Shown in pieces: positions 1 through 8,409 of a stretch of DNA of 64,000 nucleotides (the first letter of the stretch is position 1; every line of letters begins with the position of its first letter). The DNA is from a virus (Duplodnaviria > Caudoviricetes). Where the stretch lies: positions 32,001-96,000 of IMG/VR virus record IMGVR_UViG_3300032290_001460. One strand, written 5' to 3'. A program made the translations under genes and the position numbers. The notes beneath the pieces were generated by a model. It was not told the DNA's origin. It did no database searches and saw nothing but the letters and a program-made list of their open reading frames with translations.

Positions 1-366
1 GCCGTAGTCATCAATGACTGAATCAAGCATGTCTGAGACAAGATTCTGGTCAGTATGACCCAATTCCCCAGTTCGGTTATCCGCCAAAGCAAAAGCAATG
101 GCTCTTGAATTATCTGCTTCAAAAGTGACGGCGGCAATATGAGTCCAGCCAAGACGCTTAGCGGCCATCAACTGGTGATTACCAGCAATGACAGTAGATG
201 TTCCGTCGCCATTAGGCTTAACAACAATAGGTCGCAGTTGCCCAAATTCGCTGTATGAAGCCATAATCGCATCAACGTTGCCTCGTCTTGGATTCCCAGG
301 AAGTGGAACTAAGGTTTCAACGTCAACAAGTAATGGAATTAGACATTCTTCAACTTGGTGTTTCAT
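1..366 (-). CDS. ParB/Srx-like N-terminal domain protein (partial, runs off window start)
   Basis: Not in the ORF track. Manual translation from ATG at 366: MKHQVEECLIPLLVDVETLVPLPGNPRRGNVDAIMASYSEFGQLRPIVV...VIAGNHQLMAAKRLGW...ALADNRTGELG. NPR, PIVV, AGNH and ADNR are ParBc motifs. Confidence 0.85.
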   Translation of the reverse strand, partial: MKHQVEECLIPLLVDVETLVPLPGNPRRGNVDAIMASYSEFGQLRPIVVKPNGDGTSTVIAGNHQLMAAKRLGWTHIAAVTFEADNSRAIAFALADNRTGELGHTDQNLVSDMLDSVIDDYG

Positions 367-826
367 TTAATTTCTCCATATCTACAGATATAAGTTCTAT
401 CCCACAATTTTTAAGAAAAGATTCAACCTTAGGCCAATCAGCATAACTCGCATCAGCAAAAAATACCACACGAGAAATGCCTGACGATGCTATTTGCTTA
501 GCGCAACTAAAACATGGCGGCCCATTAATGATTAGCGTACCATCAGCACGCAATGCTGGGTCCGACCATATGATGGCATTTGCCTCAGCGTGCTGAGCAA
601 TACAGTTATCATAAGCCGACCCATTAAGGCTACCTTCCTGCATGCGAGGACAGGCACCATCAACACAGTGAGCAATACCTGGCGGTGAACCATTATATCC
701 AACACCTGCCACGCGACCATTAGGCATCAAAATAACAGCAAAATATTGTCTTTTAGCGCACGTAGAAAAGGTTGAAGCCAAACTAAAACACGATTTAAGC
801 CACTTTAGTTCGCGTTCTTTAATCAT
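350..826 (-). CDS. dCMP deaminase family protein
   Basis: STC.KRQ, GYNG.P.G..HC, HAEANA and PCFSCAKQI zinc-binding deaminase motifs. Confidence 0.92.
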   Translation of the reverse strand: MIKERELKWLKSCFSLASTFSTCAKRQYFAVILMPNGRVAGVGYNGSPPGIAHCVDGACPRMQEGSLNGSAYDNCIAQHAEANAIIWSDPALRADGTLIINGPPCFSCAKQIASSGISRVVFFADASYADWPKVESFLKNCGIELISVDMEKLNETPS

Positions 827-1176
827 GGCATAACTTGAGAACGAACATTAGCGTTCAAAGTACGCATCGCATCAATCGACGTACGCAAAGAAGTCAATTT
901 TTCACGCTTAGACTTTACCAACGCCTCAGCAATTTTAAAATCATAATGAGCATCAGCCAAAATATAATCAGCCCAAGCCTCACGCTCTTTAATGGAACCT
1001 TTAGCAGACAAATATTCCTTAGCCCAAGAAGACTTATGCTTAGATTCTTTCTTTGCCGCATCTTCAGCCAACTTTTCGAAAGCCTCTGTCTCTTCTTCGA
1101 GTTCATCAATGAGTCGAATAAGATTTTCTTCGATTTCTATCTGGCTAATAGGATTATTGCGTCCAGGAAAATTCAC
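823..1176 (-). CDS. Helical/coiled-coil phage protein (possible recombination mediator)
   Basis: 117-aa charged helical ORF overlapping both neighbours by 4 nt. Function inferred only from context. Confidence 0.55.
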   Translation of the reverse strand: MNFPGRNNPISQIEIEENLIRLIDELEEETEAFEKLAEDAAKKESKHKSSWAKEYLSAKGSIKEREAWADYILADAHYDFKIAEALVKSKREKLTSLRTSIDAMRTLNANVRSQVMP

Positions 1177-1697
1177 TTCTGCCCACTTTCAAGTAAAGAT
1201 GACCAATCAATAGTTTTCATGGCATCTTTGTTTAATGAAGGCCAATCATAGCGCCCTTCACCAATGGCATGCAAGCCCATCTCTTCTAAAAGCCAAGCAT
1301 CAACTTCATCGTCCGCACCCTTACCGGACCAAACTATTCCGGTTCTTGCCGAAACAGCAGAAATTACTTCAGTTTTTGCGGCGTTCCCTCGCCCTGTAGC
1401 AAACTTTGCTCGACATGTCGGAGGAACCTCGACGTAAGGGACACATAATTCAAACAGCATGAGACGAATAACGCCACCTAATTCACCTATTTTATGTGAT
1501 TGAGAGTTCCTGGCAGCGAAAGCGTAACCTTCAACGACTACGCCAGTCACCTTGTTCTCTGCAACGATTTTATTAATTTCTCTACGAATATCGTAAAGGC
1601 GTTGAGATTCTTTTGTTTTAACAGAAATTGAACCTGTTTTACCGTTAGTCGCCCATCCTGTAGAAGTTAAAGATAGGTCTAATCCTAGTATTCTCAT
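1173..1697 (-). CDS. ruvC: RuvC-like Holliday junction resolvase
   Basis: MRILGLDLSLTSTG, VVVEGY, ELGGVIR, ATGRGNAAKTEV, DDEVDA give the RuvC D/E/D/D pattern. The start at 1697 (MRILGLD) is preferred to the track start at 1748. Confidence 0.88.
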   Translation of the reverse strand: MRILGLDLSLTSTGWATNGKTGSISVKTKESQRLYDIRREINKIVAENKVTGVVVEGYAFAARNSQSHKIGELGGVIRLMLFELCVPYVEVPPTCRAKFATGRGNAAKTEVISAVSARTGIVWSGKGADDEVDAWLLEEMGLHAIGEGRYDWPSLNKDAMKTIDWSSLLESGQK

Positions 1698-1746
1698 AGT
1701 TTGAGCATAGTGCATATTTTCAATATCAAATGAACGCATAAATAGC

Positions 1747-1778
1747 AAAAACGGCGGAGGATAATCCTCGCGCCGTTC
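1747..1778 (-). terminator. Putative intrinsic terminator
   Basis: Minus strand reads AACGGCGCGAGGATTATCCTCCGCCGTTTTT: a GC-rich stem followed by a T run, downstream of the 1834-2190 gene. Confidence 0.6.
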
Positions 1779-1833
1779 TCACTACTACCTTGTCGGGTTT
1801 AGTTCTTGTTTATAAAACTATTGTACATTAATT

Positions 1834-2190
1834 TTAATAGTCAAAATCCACCCATATGCCGATAGTTAAATCTTCTCCTGGAATTTCTGTTCCAACCCTA
1901 TCAATATCGACTGCAATAATATCTCCTAGAGCGAATTTGTTATTAGCCGCCGTTCCAGCGACCGAAGAATATGCTCCTACTGCTATGGTCGGTCTATTTG
2001 CCTGAGTAGTGAATATTGTTGTATCGGAGATATTTACGTCAACGATTACCGTTGCTCCAGATGCTGGAGTCCCTATTGAGGTATATACGCCAATAATTTT
2101 TCCACTAGCAGGCATTCTTGCTGAGGTGCGTCTTTTTGCTGCGGACAGTTCTCCACTAACACATAGGGTTATGAGTTGTTTGGCCATCAT
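1834..2190 (-). CDS. Small beta-rich protein, paralog of 2298-2690 (possible virion/decoration protein)
   Basis: SGKIIGVY..IGTPASG and F.LGDIIAVDIDRVG....GEDLT match the neighbour's SGKIVGAY..VTTAPVG and FNKGDLITLDILTVG....GANIV. Confidence 0.6.
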   Translation of the reverse strand: MMAKQLITLCVSGELSAAKRRTSARMPASGKIIGVYTSIGTPASGATVIVDVNISDTTIFTTQANRPTIAVGAYSSVAGTAANNKFALGDIIAVDIDRVGTEIPGEDLTIGIWVDFDY

Positions 2191-2220
2191 CGTTTTTTCT
2201 TATTTAATAGTTACGTGATA

Positions 2221-2252
2221 AAGCAGAAAGCGGGAGGTTTCCCTCCCGCCTT
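2221..2252 (-). terminator. Intrinsic terminator
   Basis: Minus strand GCGGGAGG-GAAA-CCTCCCGC-TTTCTGCTTT: perfect 8-bp stem, GNRA loop and T-rich tail, just after the 2298-2690 gene. Confidence 0.75.
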
Positions 2253-2297
2253 CATACATTCTTGCACTATGAGTGCTATTGGTTATATCAGGCTGGC

Positions 2298-2690
2298 TCA
2301 GCCGAAACGGTTGTCAGGCTGGATGGTAATTGACGTTGCATCTTCTTCTGACTCGACCAAAATTGAAGCAACGATGTTTGCGCCGGCAGTGCTGGAACCA
2401 ACTGTAAGGATATCCAGGGTGATGAGGTCGCCCTTATTGAAGTCAACATTGGCAGCGGTAAGCGTGGCCTCGTCATTGGTGCCAGCGGCAGCAATGCTGA
2501 AAGCAGCAGCGGTATCTGAACCAACGAGAATGCTAGCGGTAAGGGCGCTTCCAACAGGGGCGGTGGTCACTGCGACATAGGCGCCAACAATTTTACCGCT
2601 AAATGGGGCAGCCATCTTGACTATGCTACTTTCAGCGAGCGTTCCAGGGATTTGCAAGTTAATTACTACGGGGGTGTTTGTTCCGGGCAT
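2298..2690 (-). CDS. Small Ala/Thr-rich beta protein (possible capsid decoration/structural protein)
   Basis: 130 aa, virion-like composition, GGAG Shine-Dalgarno, own terminator, paralog adjacent. Confidence 0.6.
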   Translation of the reverse strand: MPGTNTPVVINLQIPGTLAESSIVKMAAPFSGKIVGAYVAVTTAPVGSALTASILVGSDTAAAFSIAAAGTNDEATLTAANVDFNKGDLITLDILTVGSSTAGANIVASILVESEEDATSITIQPDNRFG

Positions 2691-2772
2691 TTTTTTCTCC
2701 TACTTTTAAGGGCCCTCTCTGGGCTAATAAAACTTTACTACAAAAACCTCATCCGCAGAGGGAAGGATTGGA

Positions 2773-3072
2773 TTAATCCCAAGAATGTTTTGCTAGGCCA
2801 AGTTCAAACGCCAACGCTGGGTAATTGCCTATTCTAATATGGCAAGAACGACACACGCACAACAAGTTTGATTCATCAATAATTGACCCACCCTGAGAGC
2901 GCCTGACAAGTTCATGAACATCAACGGTATTCATTCTTACATAAGTTGATTTTTCGTCATATTTAGCAAAAACTGGACACGCCTGACAAAAAGGAAACTT
3001 TTCTACCATTTTCGCGACTACTTTTCGCCGTTCTACGTATTCTGCTTCCTTTTTCTTACTCCGATAGCGCAT
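2773..3072 (-). CDS. HNH endonuclease
   Basis: CQAC...DVHELVRRSQGGS...NLLCVCRSCH motif. Confidence 0.85.
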   Translation of the reverse strand: MRYRSKKKEAEYVERRKVVAKMVEKFPFCQACPVFAKYDEKSTYVRMNTVDVHELVRRSQGGSIIDESNLLCVCRSCHIRIGNYPALAFELGLAKHSWD

Positions 3073-3086
3073 AATCTCTCCGATAC

Positions 3087-3611
3087 TTATAAATTACTTG
3101 TATCGATATTATCAAATCCCCAATTATTTGATAGCGCCGACCAGAGAGCAATATCTATTGGAGTTGCCTCTAAGTCATTTTCATTCATCATGGCACGATG
3201 TTTAGCAATTGCAGACTTCAAGAAGTCAACCTGTTCCCAGCCGTTAGATTCAACAGAAGAACCAGTCTCAATCATCGCCGTCACTTGGTCTAGACGCTTA
3301 TTGACATGAAATTTGAAACGTTCAATCTTATTCCGCCGACCCTTATAAGCATCATTAGCCTTAGTTTGAAGACGGCGACTACCTATTGAATCAAACAATT
3401 CGCGGTCATTTTCCTCATCATGAATGAGGTCAGAAAGTTGGTCGTCAATATTGGAGATTAAAGCAAGAAGGCATCGTTGCCATTTATACCAATTTTCTTT
3501 CTGCATCAGAATATCGCGTTGCGACGAAGATAGTTTATTTTTTACTTCTTCCGCAACAAGATAAGCGAATGTTTCGTCATTAATTTGGTTCATCGTTTCC
3601 ATCCTGGACAT
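3087..3611 (-). CDS. Hypothetical protein
   Basis: 174-aa helical ORF tightly packed in the operon; start uncertain. Confidence 0.6.
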   Translation of the reverse strand: MSRMETMNQINDETFAYLVAEEVKNKLSSSQRDILMQKENWYKWQRCLLALISNIDDQLSDLIHDEENDRELFDSIGSRRLQTKANDAYKGRRNKIERFKFHVNKRLDQVTAMIETGSSVESNGWEQVDFLKSAIAKHRAMMNENDLEATPIDIALWSALSNNWGFDNIDTSNL

Positions 3612-4369
3612 ATTGATTTATAGGCGCACCAGTCACATAAGCGAGATTTATTATATTTAAAATCTCCTGTTTCGCATGCTGTTTGTACTGCATCGTGCGT
3701 TTCTTGAACATACTTTATGGTGTTATCAAAATCTTCTTCAACGAGTTCATGTTTAAAAATTACCCCATCTTTGAGATAAAGCAACTTAATTTCAGAGACA
3801 TCAGCCATCTCTAAATTTCTCAATAATGTTGCATAGATTTGAAGTTGCAAATATTTATCTGCCATCCATGCTTTTTTGGGTGTCTTGCCCGTCTTGTAGT
3901 CAGAAACACATACGCCGTTCTCTACAACGTCAAGCCTGTCAATAAAACCTTTAACAGTAGCGGTGCCAATGAGCCCGTTGACTTCCGTTTCGATGCCCTT
4001 AACCTCAACAACGGATGGGTCCTCAATTTTGAAAACATTCTCCACACACCACCATGCTGACCAGCGGAACTGATGAACGTCAGATTCCCTCACGAAACCT
4101 TTAATCCGATTAATCCAATCTCCGGTTTCCCATACTTGACGGGCGAGCATCTTGGCGGACTCAACATTGCGCCCATCAAAAGGTAGGGCATAAAATTCTT
4201 CCAATGTTTCGTGAACAAAATTTCCCAATAAAGTTGCTGATGAAGGCAAGTCCGGTATTTTGTCAATTTTGTTGAACTTAAATTTTAATGGGCATTGATT
4301 AAACGTGCCCATTGAAGATGCTGAAAGATATGGTGGAGGAGTGTACGGGGGACCCTTTTGTTCACTCAT
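3590..4369 (-). CDS. Cas4/RecB-like PD-(D/E)XK exonuclease
   Basis: LSASS...QCPLKF, G.FVHETLE, GFIDRLD, DYKTGK, QLQIY and C-terminal CDWCAYKSIC Fe-S cysteines. Confidence 0.9.
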   Translation of the reverse strand: MSEQKGPPYTPPPYLSASSMGTFNQCPLKFKFNKIDKIPDLPSSATLLGNFVHETLEEFYALPFDGRNVESAKMLARQVWETGDWINRIKGFVRESDVHQFRWSAWWCVENVFKIEDPSVVEVKGIETEVNGLIGTATVKGFIDRLDVVENGVCVSDYKTGKTPKKAWMADKYLQLQIYATLLRNLEMADVSEIKLLYLKDGVIFKHELVEEDFDNTIKYVQETHDAVQTACETGDFKYNKSRLCDWCAYKSICPGWKR

Positions 4370-5123
4370 GAATAATCTCAGAACCAGGGAACATGAGTCG
4401 TGTGCACTCCTCGATGAGTGCCATAAGCGACTGCATGGTTGCTGTTTCTAATGTTGGCTTAGGTCCGCCACCCGAGTATTCTTCCCAGAATTTACCTAGT
4501 TCTACTTTTTGTTCAGCGGTTAATGCCTTGCTTGATTCGCGAAACCGTTCCCATAGACTGGCAACTGCTGGGTCTACTTTTGGTGCTGCAGCAATAACAT
4601 CTTGTTCAATTTCCAAACTCAATGCTTCATCCGAACGGGCTAAGTAGAGGGCGATACCGAACTGTTGTGCAGCCTTTTTGAGCGCATCAGAAACTGCACC
4701 TTTGAACTCATCGCCCAAATCTACAATTTCACCACTCTTCATACGCTTGATTTTTTGGCCACCAAATCCATCTTTTTGAACCATTGGAGCCCAATCATTA
4801 TTGATTGTTAAGCGAACATGAGCAACAATGAAATCTGGGTCAAGTGCATCGCGTTCACATTTAATAATTTCCGATGACCATCCCTTTACCCCAAAGGTAC
4901 GATTGAGCCGTGTGATGACTTCGCTTACAGGAATATAAGTTAAGGCCGTTCCACCCTTACGCAAAATACGTTCCACTTCGGGTGGGAATGGTTCACTCAG
5001 TTCAGCAAGAAGACGTGCTGATTCAATTTGTGCACGTTTTTTTTCTTCTTCATCCAATTTGCGAGATTCCGCACGATATTTCAATTGGCTCTCAAATTCT
5101 GGCATTTCTCCATCGGTTGACAT
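4362..5123 (-). CDS. Rad52/Rad22 (Sak-like) single-strand annealing protein
   Basis: LTYIP...VITRLNRTFG..GWS and FKGAVSDALKKAAQQFGIALYL; adjacent to the exonuclease. Confidence 0.88.
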   Translation of the reverse strand: MSTDGEMPEFESQLKYRAESRKLDEEEKKRAQIESARLLAELSEPFPPEVERILRKGGTALTYIPVSEVITRLNRTFGVKGWSSEIIKCERDALDPDFIVAHVRLTINNDWAPMVQKDGFGGQKIKRMKSGEIVDLGDEFKGAVSDALKKAAQQFGIALYLARSDEALSLEIEQDVIAAAPKVDPAVASLWERFRESSKALTAEQKVELGKFWEEYSGGGPKPTLETATMQSLMALIEECTRLMFPGSEIIHE

Positions 5124-5629
5124 TATAGTTTCCCTTTCTTAATAACGATGCTTATTTTACCTTCTGATTTTTCACAATAATTATCTACGTTGACACCAAG
5201 TTTGCCAAGTTCCCCGACTCGCCAATATGAAGGCGCTGCGTATTCGAACATCTTAACCATCATTTCGTCAGGTGTCAAGGTGATTTCGCCAGTATCCATA
5301 TTGATGGCAAGTTGAGAAATCTTTGCTGCCACCTCAACGGCTAAACCTTTATGGTTCCATGCCTTGCGGTCAGCACCTTGCTTGCGCTCAATCTCTGTAC
5401 CGTCTTCAAGAAAGATGACTGAATCTTCCATTTTTTCAGCGAAACGAGTATTTGATTCGTCGTGGATGTAGCCAATATCTTTTTTTAATGAGTTTAGTTC
5501 AACCATTGCTGAACATAAACTTTTCAAATCAACACCATCTTCTTGGAGGGCGTTGAACAATTCGTTGCCTGCCTCGCCAATTAGACGACGAATATTTTCA
5601 ATGCTCTCATAAATTGGACTATTCAACAT
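5123..5629 (-). CDS. Hypothetical protein
   Basis: 168-aa ORF coupled to the Rad52-like gene. Confidence 0.6.
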   Translation of the reverse strand: MLNSPIYESIENIRRLIGEAGNELFNALQEDGVDLKSLCSAMVELNSLKKDIGYIHDESNTRFAEKMEDSVIFLEDGTEIERKQGADRKAWNHKGLAVEVAAKISQLAINMDTGEITLTPDEMMVKMFEYAAPSYWRVGELGKLGVNVDNYCEKSEGKISIVIKKGKL

Positions 5630-5650
5630 AAACCCCTTTTTAGTAGTTAC

Positions 5651-8122
5651 TTAGATGATGATACCGATTCTTTTGCGTTGAGGCAACCCCAAGCCAGTTA
5701 AATGTGTAAAAGCACCTACGACTGAGTCAACTTGGTCATCATGGTCGCATGCTTCGGGAAAAGATGATAACTCGTCCATCCAGTCCGTAAGCCAAGGAGC
5801 GCGTAAACACCTAATGTTTCCATTGGCAACTGCCGCTGCAAAAGGACGCGCTCTGGTGACTTTGTCTCCAGTAGCACGGATTCCACCAAAGTCATACCCT
5901 GATAGTACATACCTTGCGTACTGGTCTACGAGAGCCTTGCCGGAAGAGCCTGGTTCTTGTTCCATGCGAATAGCAACGAGCGGTCCGTCCTCATACGCTG
6001 TCTGAGCAATAAGTTGTTCTACTTTTTCTCCACGAACGCGAGCCTTCTTGACATCCAGGACATAAGCAACACCTTGGTCGAACAACATTAATGTCCCAAC
6101 CGTCCAGTCAGGATTAGGGTTTGAATATGAGGGCTCTGTTGCTGCAAGGTCCCAGAACCTGACAGCACGAGCAGTTGACGTGATTGCTGGCATATCATTT
6201 TGGTCTAAGAGGACAATAGATGCTCTATCAAACATCGTTCCTAGAGTAGTAGCCCACCAGTCACCTTCTTCTAGGCGCTTCCGCTCTACAGGGTCCAACG
6301 CCTGAAGTGCTTGACGATAAGAATCAGCGTCGATACCAGGGTTGTCTGTAAGTTTTGATGGCACAAATACACGCCCTTTTTCTGTTCCTTCAACGATAAA
6401 ACGTTGACGAACCCAATTCGGTGCAGGGTTACAGGCAGAACGCATCCGTAGTGGCACTTGAGCCAAGGGTCCTGTTGCTGGACGGCGCAGACGGGAGAAC
6501 ATATAGCGATAGTCGGATTCACGAATTTCTGTTACTTCGTCCATCCCAATAAACTGGAATTCTGCACCCTTGTAGCGAAGGTAGTCCTGCTGGTTGTTTA
6601 GATATCCGAAAGATAATCGAGCCCCTGACGGGAATACGGCAGTGTAGTTATTGCCGTTCCAACGAACATCATCATATTTTGCCATCCATGATTGGAACCG
6701 GTCCATGATGGCTCCAGGGAGTGCAAGGTCGGCATATGTTCTACGGAAAATAATTGCCGAATATCCTGGTACATCAACATATTGCATTGCTGACATAAGA
6801 AGAGCGGAAGAATTATGTGTAGGAATAAAATCCTCTGATACTAAATACAAACTGTCCGGCGAAGAAACACGAATACACTTCATCGGCAGAGGACCAGTAC
6901 GTTCAGCAGAAACGATATACCGGAAGTTTGTTACGCGTCGCTCTGCACCTAATAACGGCTCAAGACGCTCGGCTTTCCTCGTGAGACGAAACACTTGAAC
7001 CTTGGCACGAAACTTAACTTTCCATGTCGGCCCACAGTCTTTGCCATTGAGTTTGGCACGACCTTCTTTAATCGTTATTTTGTGTCCGAGGGAGCGAGCA
7101 AGGTGAGCCACTCCTTCAGTGAGGTTCTGGTTTGTATTTACAAACTCAACGGTTCCATTCGTAAGACAATTGCCGTCGGTGTCCATTAATCCTTGGAGGA
7201 GCGCCAAACGCTGCTCTTCTGAAGCCCAAAGATAATCGTGCGGAATATGCTTGTTCTTTACTAAGTTGAGTGAACGCAGTTCACCCATGAGACGACCACC
7301 GAAATAGAAACTAGAGGCTTTATTATCAATCTTAGTTTGCATGCTTGTAAGTGTGTACCCTGCCGCCTCCATTGCCTCAACAATTGAGTCATCCATTGAG
7401 GTGATAGTTGGGTTGTTCTTATTCCCATCTCCTAGCCATACGCCTAGAATATACGGGTCTATCAACAGGTCTTTCTCTGGCAACTGGAGTGACCTACAGA
7501 CAGGAATGGCATGGTTTGCTCGACCACCACGAACGGTGAGCGTAGCGACGATTTGGGCGGTGGTACGAACCGTTCCGGTTGGAACGTCCATGACCTCCGG
7601 AGGATTTGACTTGTTCCACTCCTTACGAGACTCCGACAAGAACTCCCGATGTCTGGTTGTGTGGTCAGTTTTTATTCCAGCCCCAACGAGCGAACGAGAT
7701 TCTCTTTTGTTTCTCCGCTTCTCACGAAATTCTGGTGTCCGCTTGGTTAGGGCCTCAAGTTCACGAGCATCATATGTGAGCCAAAGATGTTCATCATGTG
7801 CGTCTACTGTTGAACCGTCATCAAAAGTCAATTTGTATCCATCCACAATTTCAACTTCTGATTCAGCAAGAACAAGATGTGGATTCCCGTCGCGACCAAA
7901 AATAAAATCACCTGGCTTGATGTCTCCCATTTTTACAAAACCCGAAGGTGTCGGTATCTCCGAATAAAGTGAGAGCATTTTCCCACCACCTGCTGCTCCT
8001 CCGAATAGGCCTTCTAGTGAGTATGTTCGCAAGAATACTTTTTGGGTAAGTGACGGTTCTTCTGGGCAGTATGGCGGCATCTTGGGCTCAAGATATTCGA
8101 GCACCTTATTCCAGTCAGTCAT
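5651..8122 (-). CDS. terL: Terminase large subunit, intein-containing
   Basis: Walker A GGAAGGGK/S split by the intein, Walker B FIGMDEVT, coupling motif SACNP, nuclease motifs RFWDLAAT, PDWTVG and HDDQVD. Confidence 0.93.
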   Translation of the reverse strand: MTDWNKVLEYLEPKMPPYCPEEPSLTQKVFLRTYSLEGLFGGAAGGGKMLSLYSEIPTPSGFVKMGDIKPGDFIFGRDGNPHLVLAESEVEIVDGYKLTFDDGSTVDAHDEHLWLTYDARELEALTKRTPEFREKRRNKRESRSLVGAGIKTDHTTRHREFLSESRKEWNKSNPPEVMDVPTGTVRTTAQIVATLTVRGGRANHAIPVCRSLQLPEKDLLIDPYILGVWLGDGNKNNPTITSMDDSIVEAMEAAGYTLTSMQTKIDNKASSFYFGGRLMGELRSLNLVKNKHIPHDYLWASEEQRLALLQGLMDTDGNCLTNGTVEFVNTNQNLTEGVAHLARSLGHKITIKEGRAKLNGKDCGPTWKVKFRAKVQVFRLTRKAERLEPLLGAERRVTNFRYIVSAERTGPLPMKCIRVSSPDSLYLVSEDFIPTHNSSALLMSAMQYVDVPGYSAIIFRRTYADLALPGAIMDRFQSWMAKYDDVRWNGNNYTAVFPSGARLSFGYLNNQQDYLRYKGAEFQFIGMDEVTEIRESDYRYMFSRLRRPATGPLAQVPLRMRSACNPAPNWVRQRFIVEGTEKGRVFVPSKLTDNPGIDADSYRQALQALDPVERKRLEEGDWWATTLGTMFDRASIVLLDQNDMPAITSTARAVRFWDLAATEPSYSNPNPDWTVGTLMLFDQGVAYVLDVKKARVRGEKVEQLIAQTAYEDGPLVAIRMEQEPGSSGKALVDQYARYVLSGYDFGGIRATGDKVTRARPFAAAVANGNIRCLRAPWLTDWMDELSSFPEACDHDDQVDSVVGAFTHLTGLGLPQRKRIGIII
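6812..7978 (-). mobile_element. Intein (389 aa, class-3-like) with LAGLIDADG homing endonuclease
   Basis: Block A MLSLYSEIPTPSG, block B DAHDEHLW, HEN motifs YILGVWLGDG and LLQGLMDTDG, block F MKCIRV, block G FIPTHN followed by Ser+1. Removal restores GGAAGGGKSSALLM. Confidence 0.92.
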
Positions 8123-8197
8123 AGTTCTCTCCGAACGTTGTAGTTTGTATTAGATTATGGGCATGTCAACATATTGCACCGCTACAGGACAGTCCAC

Positions 8198-8407
8198 ATG
8201 CTGAATTCTTTTAGAAGATTTTTCTCCAGAGACAGTCTATATCTATTTCGTTTACGCTTTTTGACTCGTTCATCTATGGCCAACGTGTTAATGGTATTAT
8301 TTATTTTATTAACCAGCGTTGGAACTTCTCTGATATCACCCCCTGTGGGTTTAATAGTAGCGGGTATAACTTGTGGAATTTTCGGCTATATCCTAGGTCT
8401 TGATTAA
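8198..8407 (+). CDS. Small membrane protein upstream of portal
   Basis: Two hydrophobic stretches; ends 2 nt before the portal ATG. ATG at 8198 preferred over TTG at 8174. Confidence 0.65.
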   Translation: MLNSFRRFFSRDSLYLFRLRFLTRSSMANVLMVLFILLTSVGTSLISPPVGLIVAGITCGIFGYILGLD

Positions 8408-8409
8408 AT

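Noticed and set aside
3590-4369. Cas4-like nuclease as a sign of CRISPR-Cas
   Set aside because: No cas1/cas2 or repeat-spacer array was seen. Pairing with a Rad52-like gene indicates a phage recombination module.
7341-7967. 208-aa plus-strand ORF and the many other short antisense or nested ORFs in the track
   Set aside because: They lie opposite or inside well-supported genes and have no recognisable motifs; treated as shadow ORFs.
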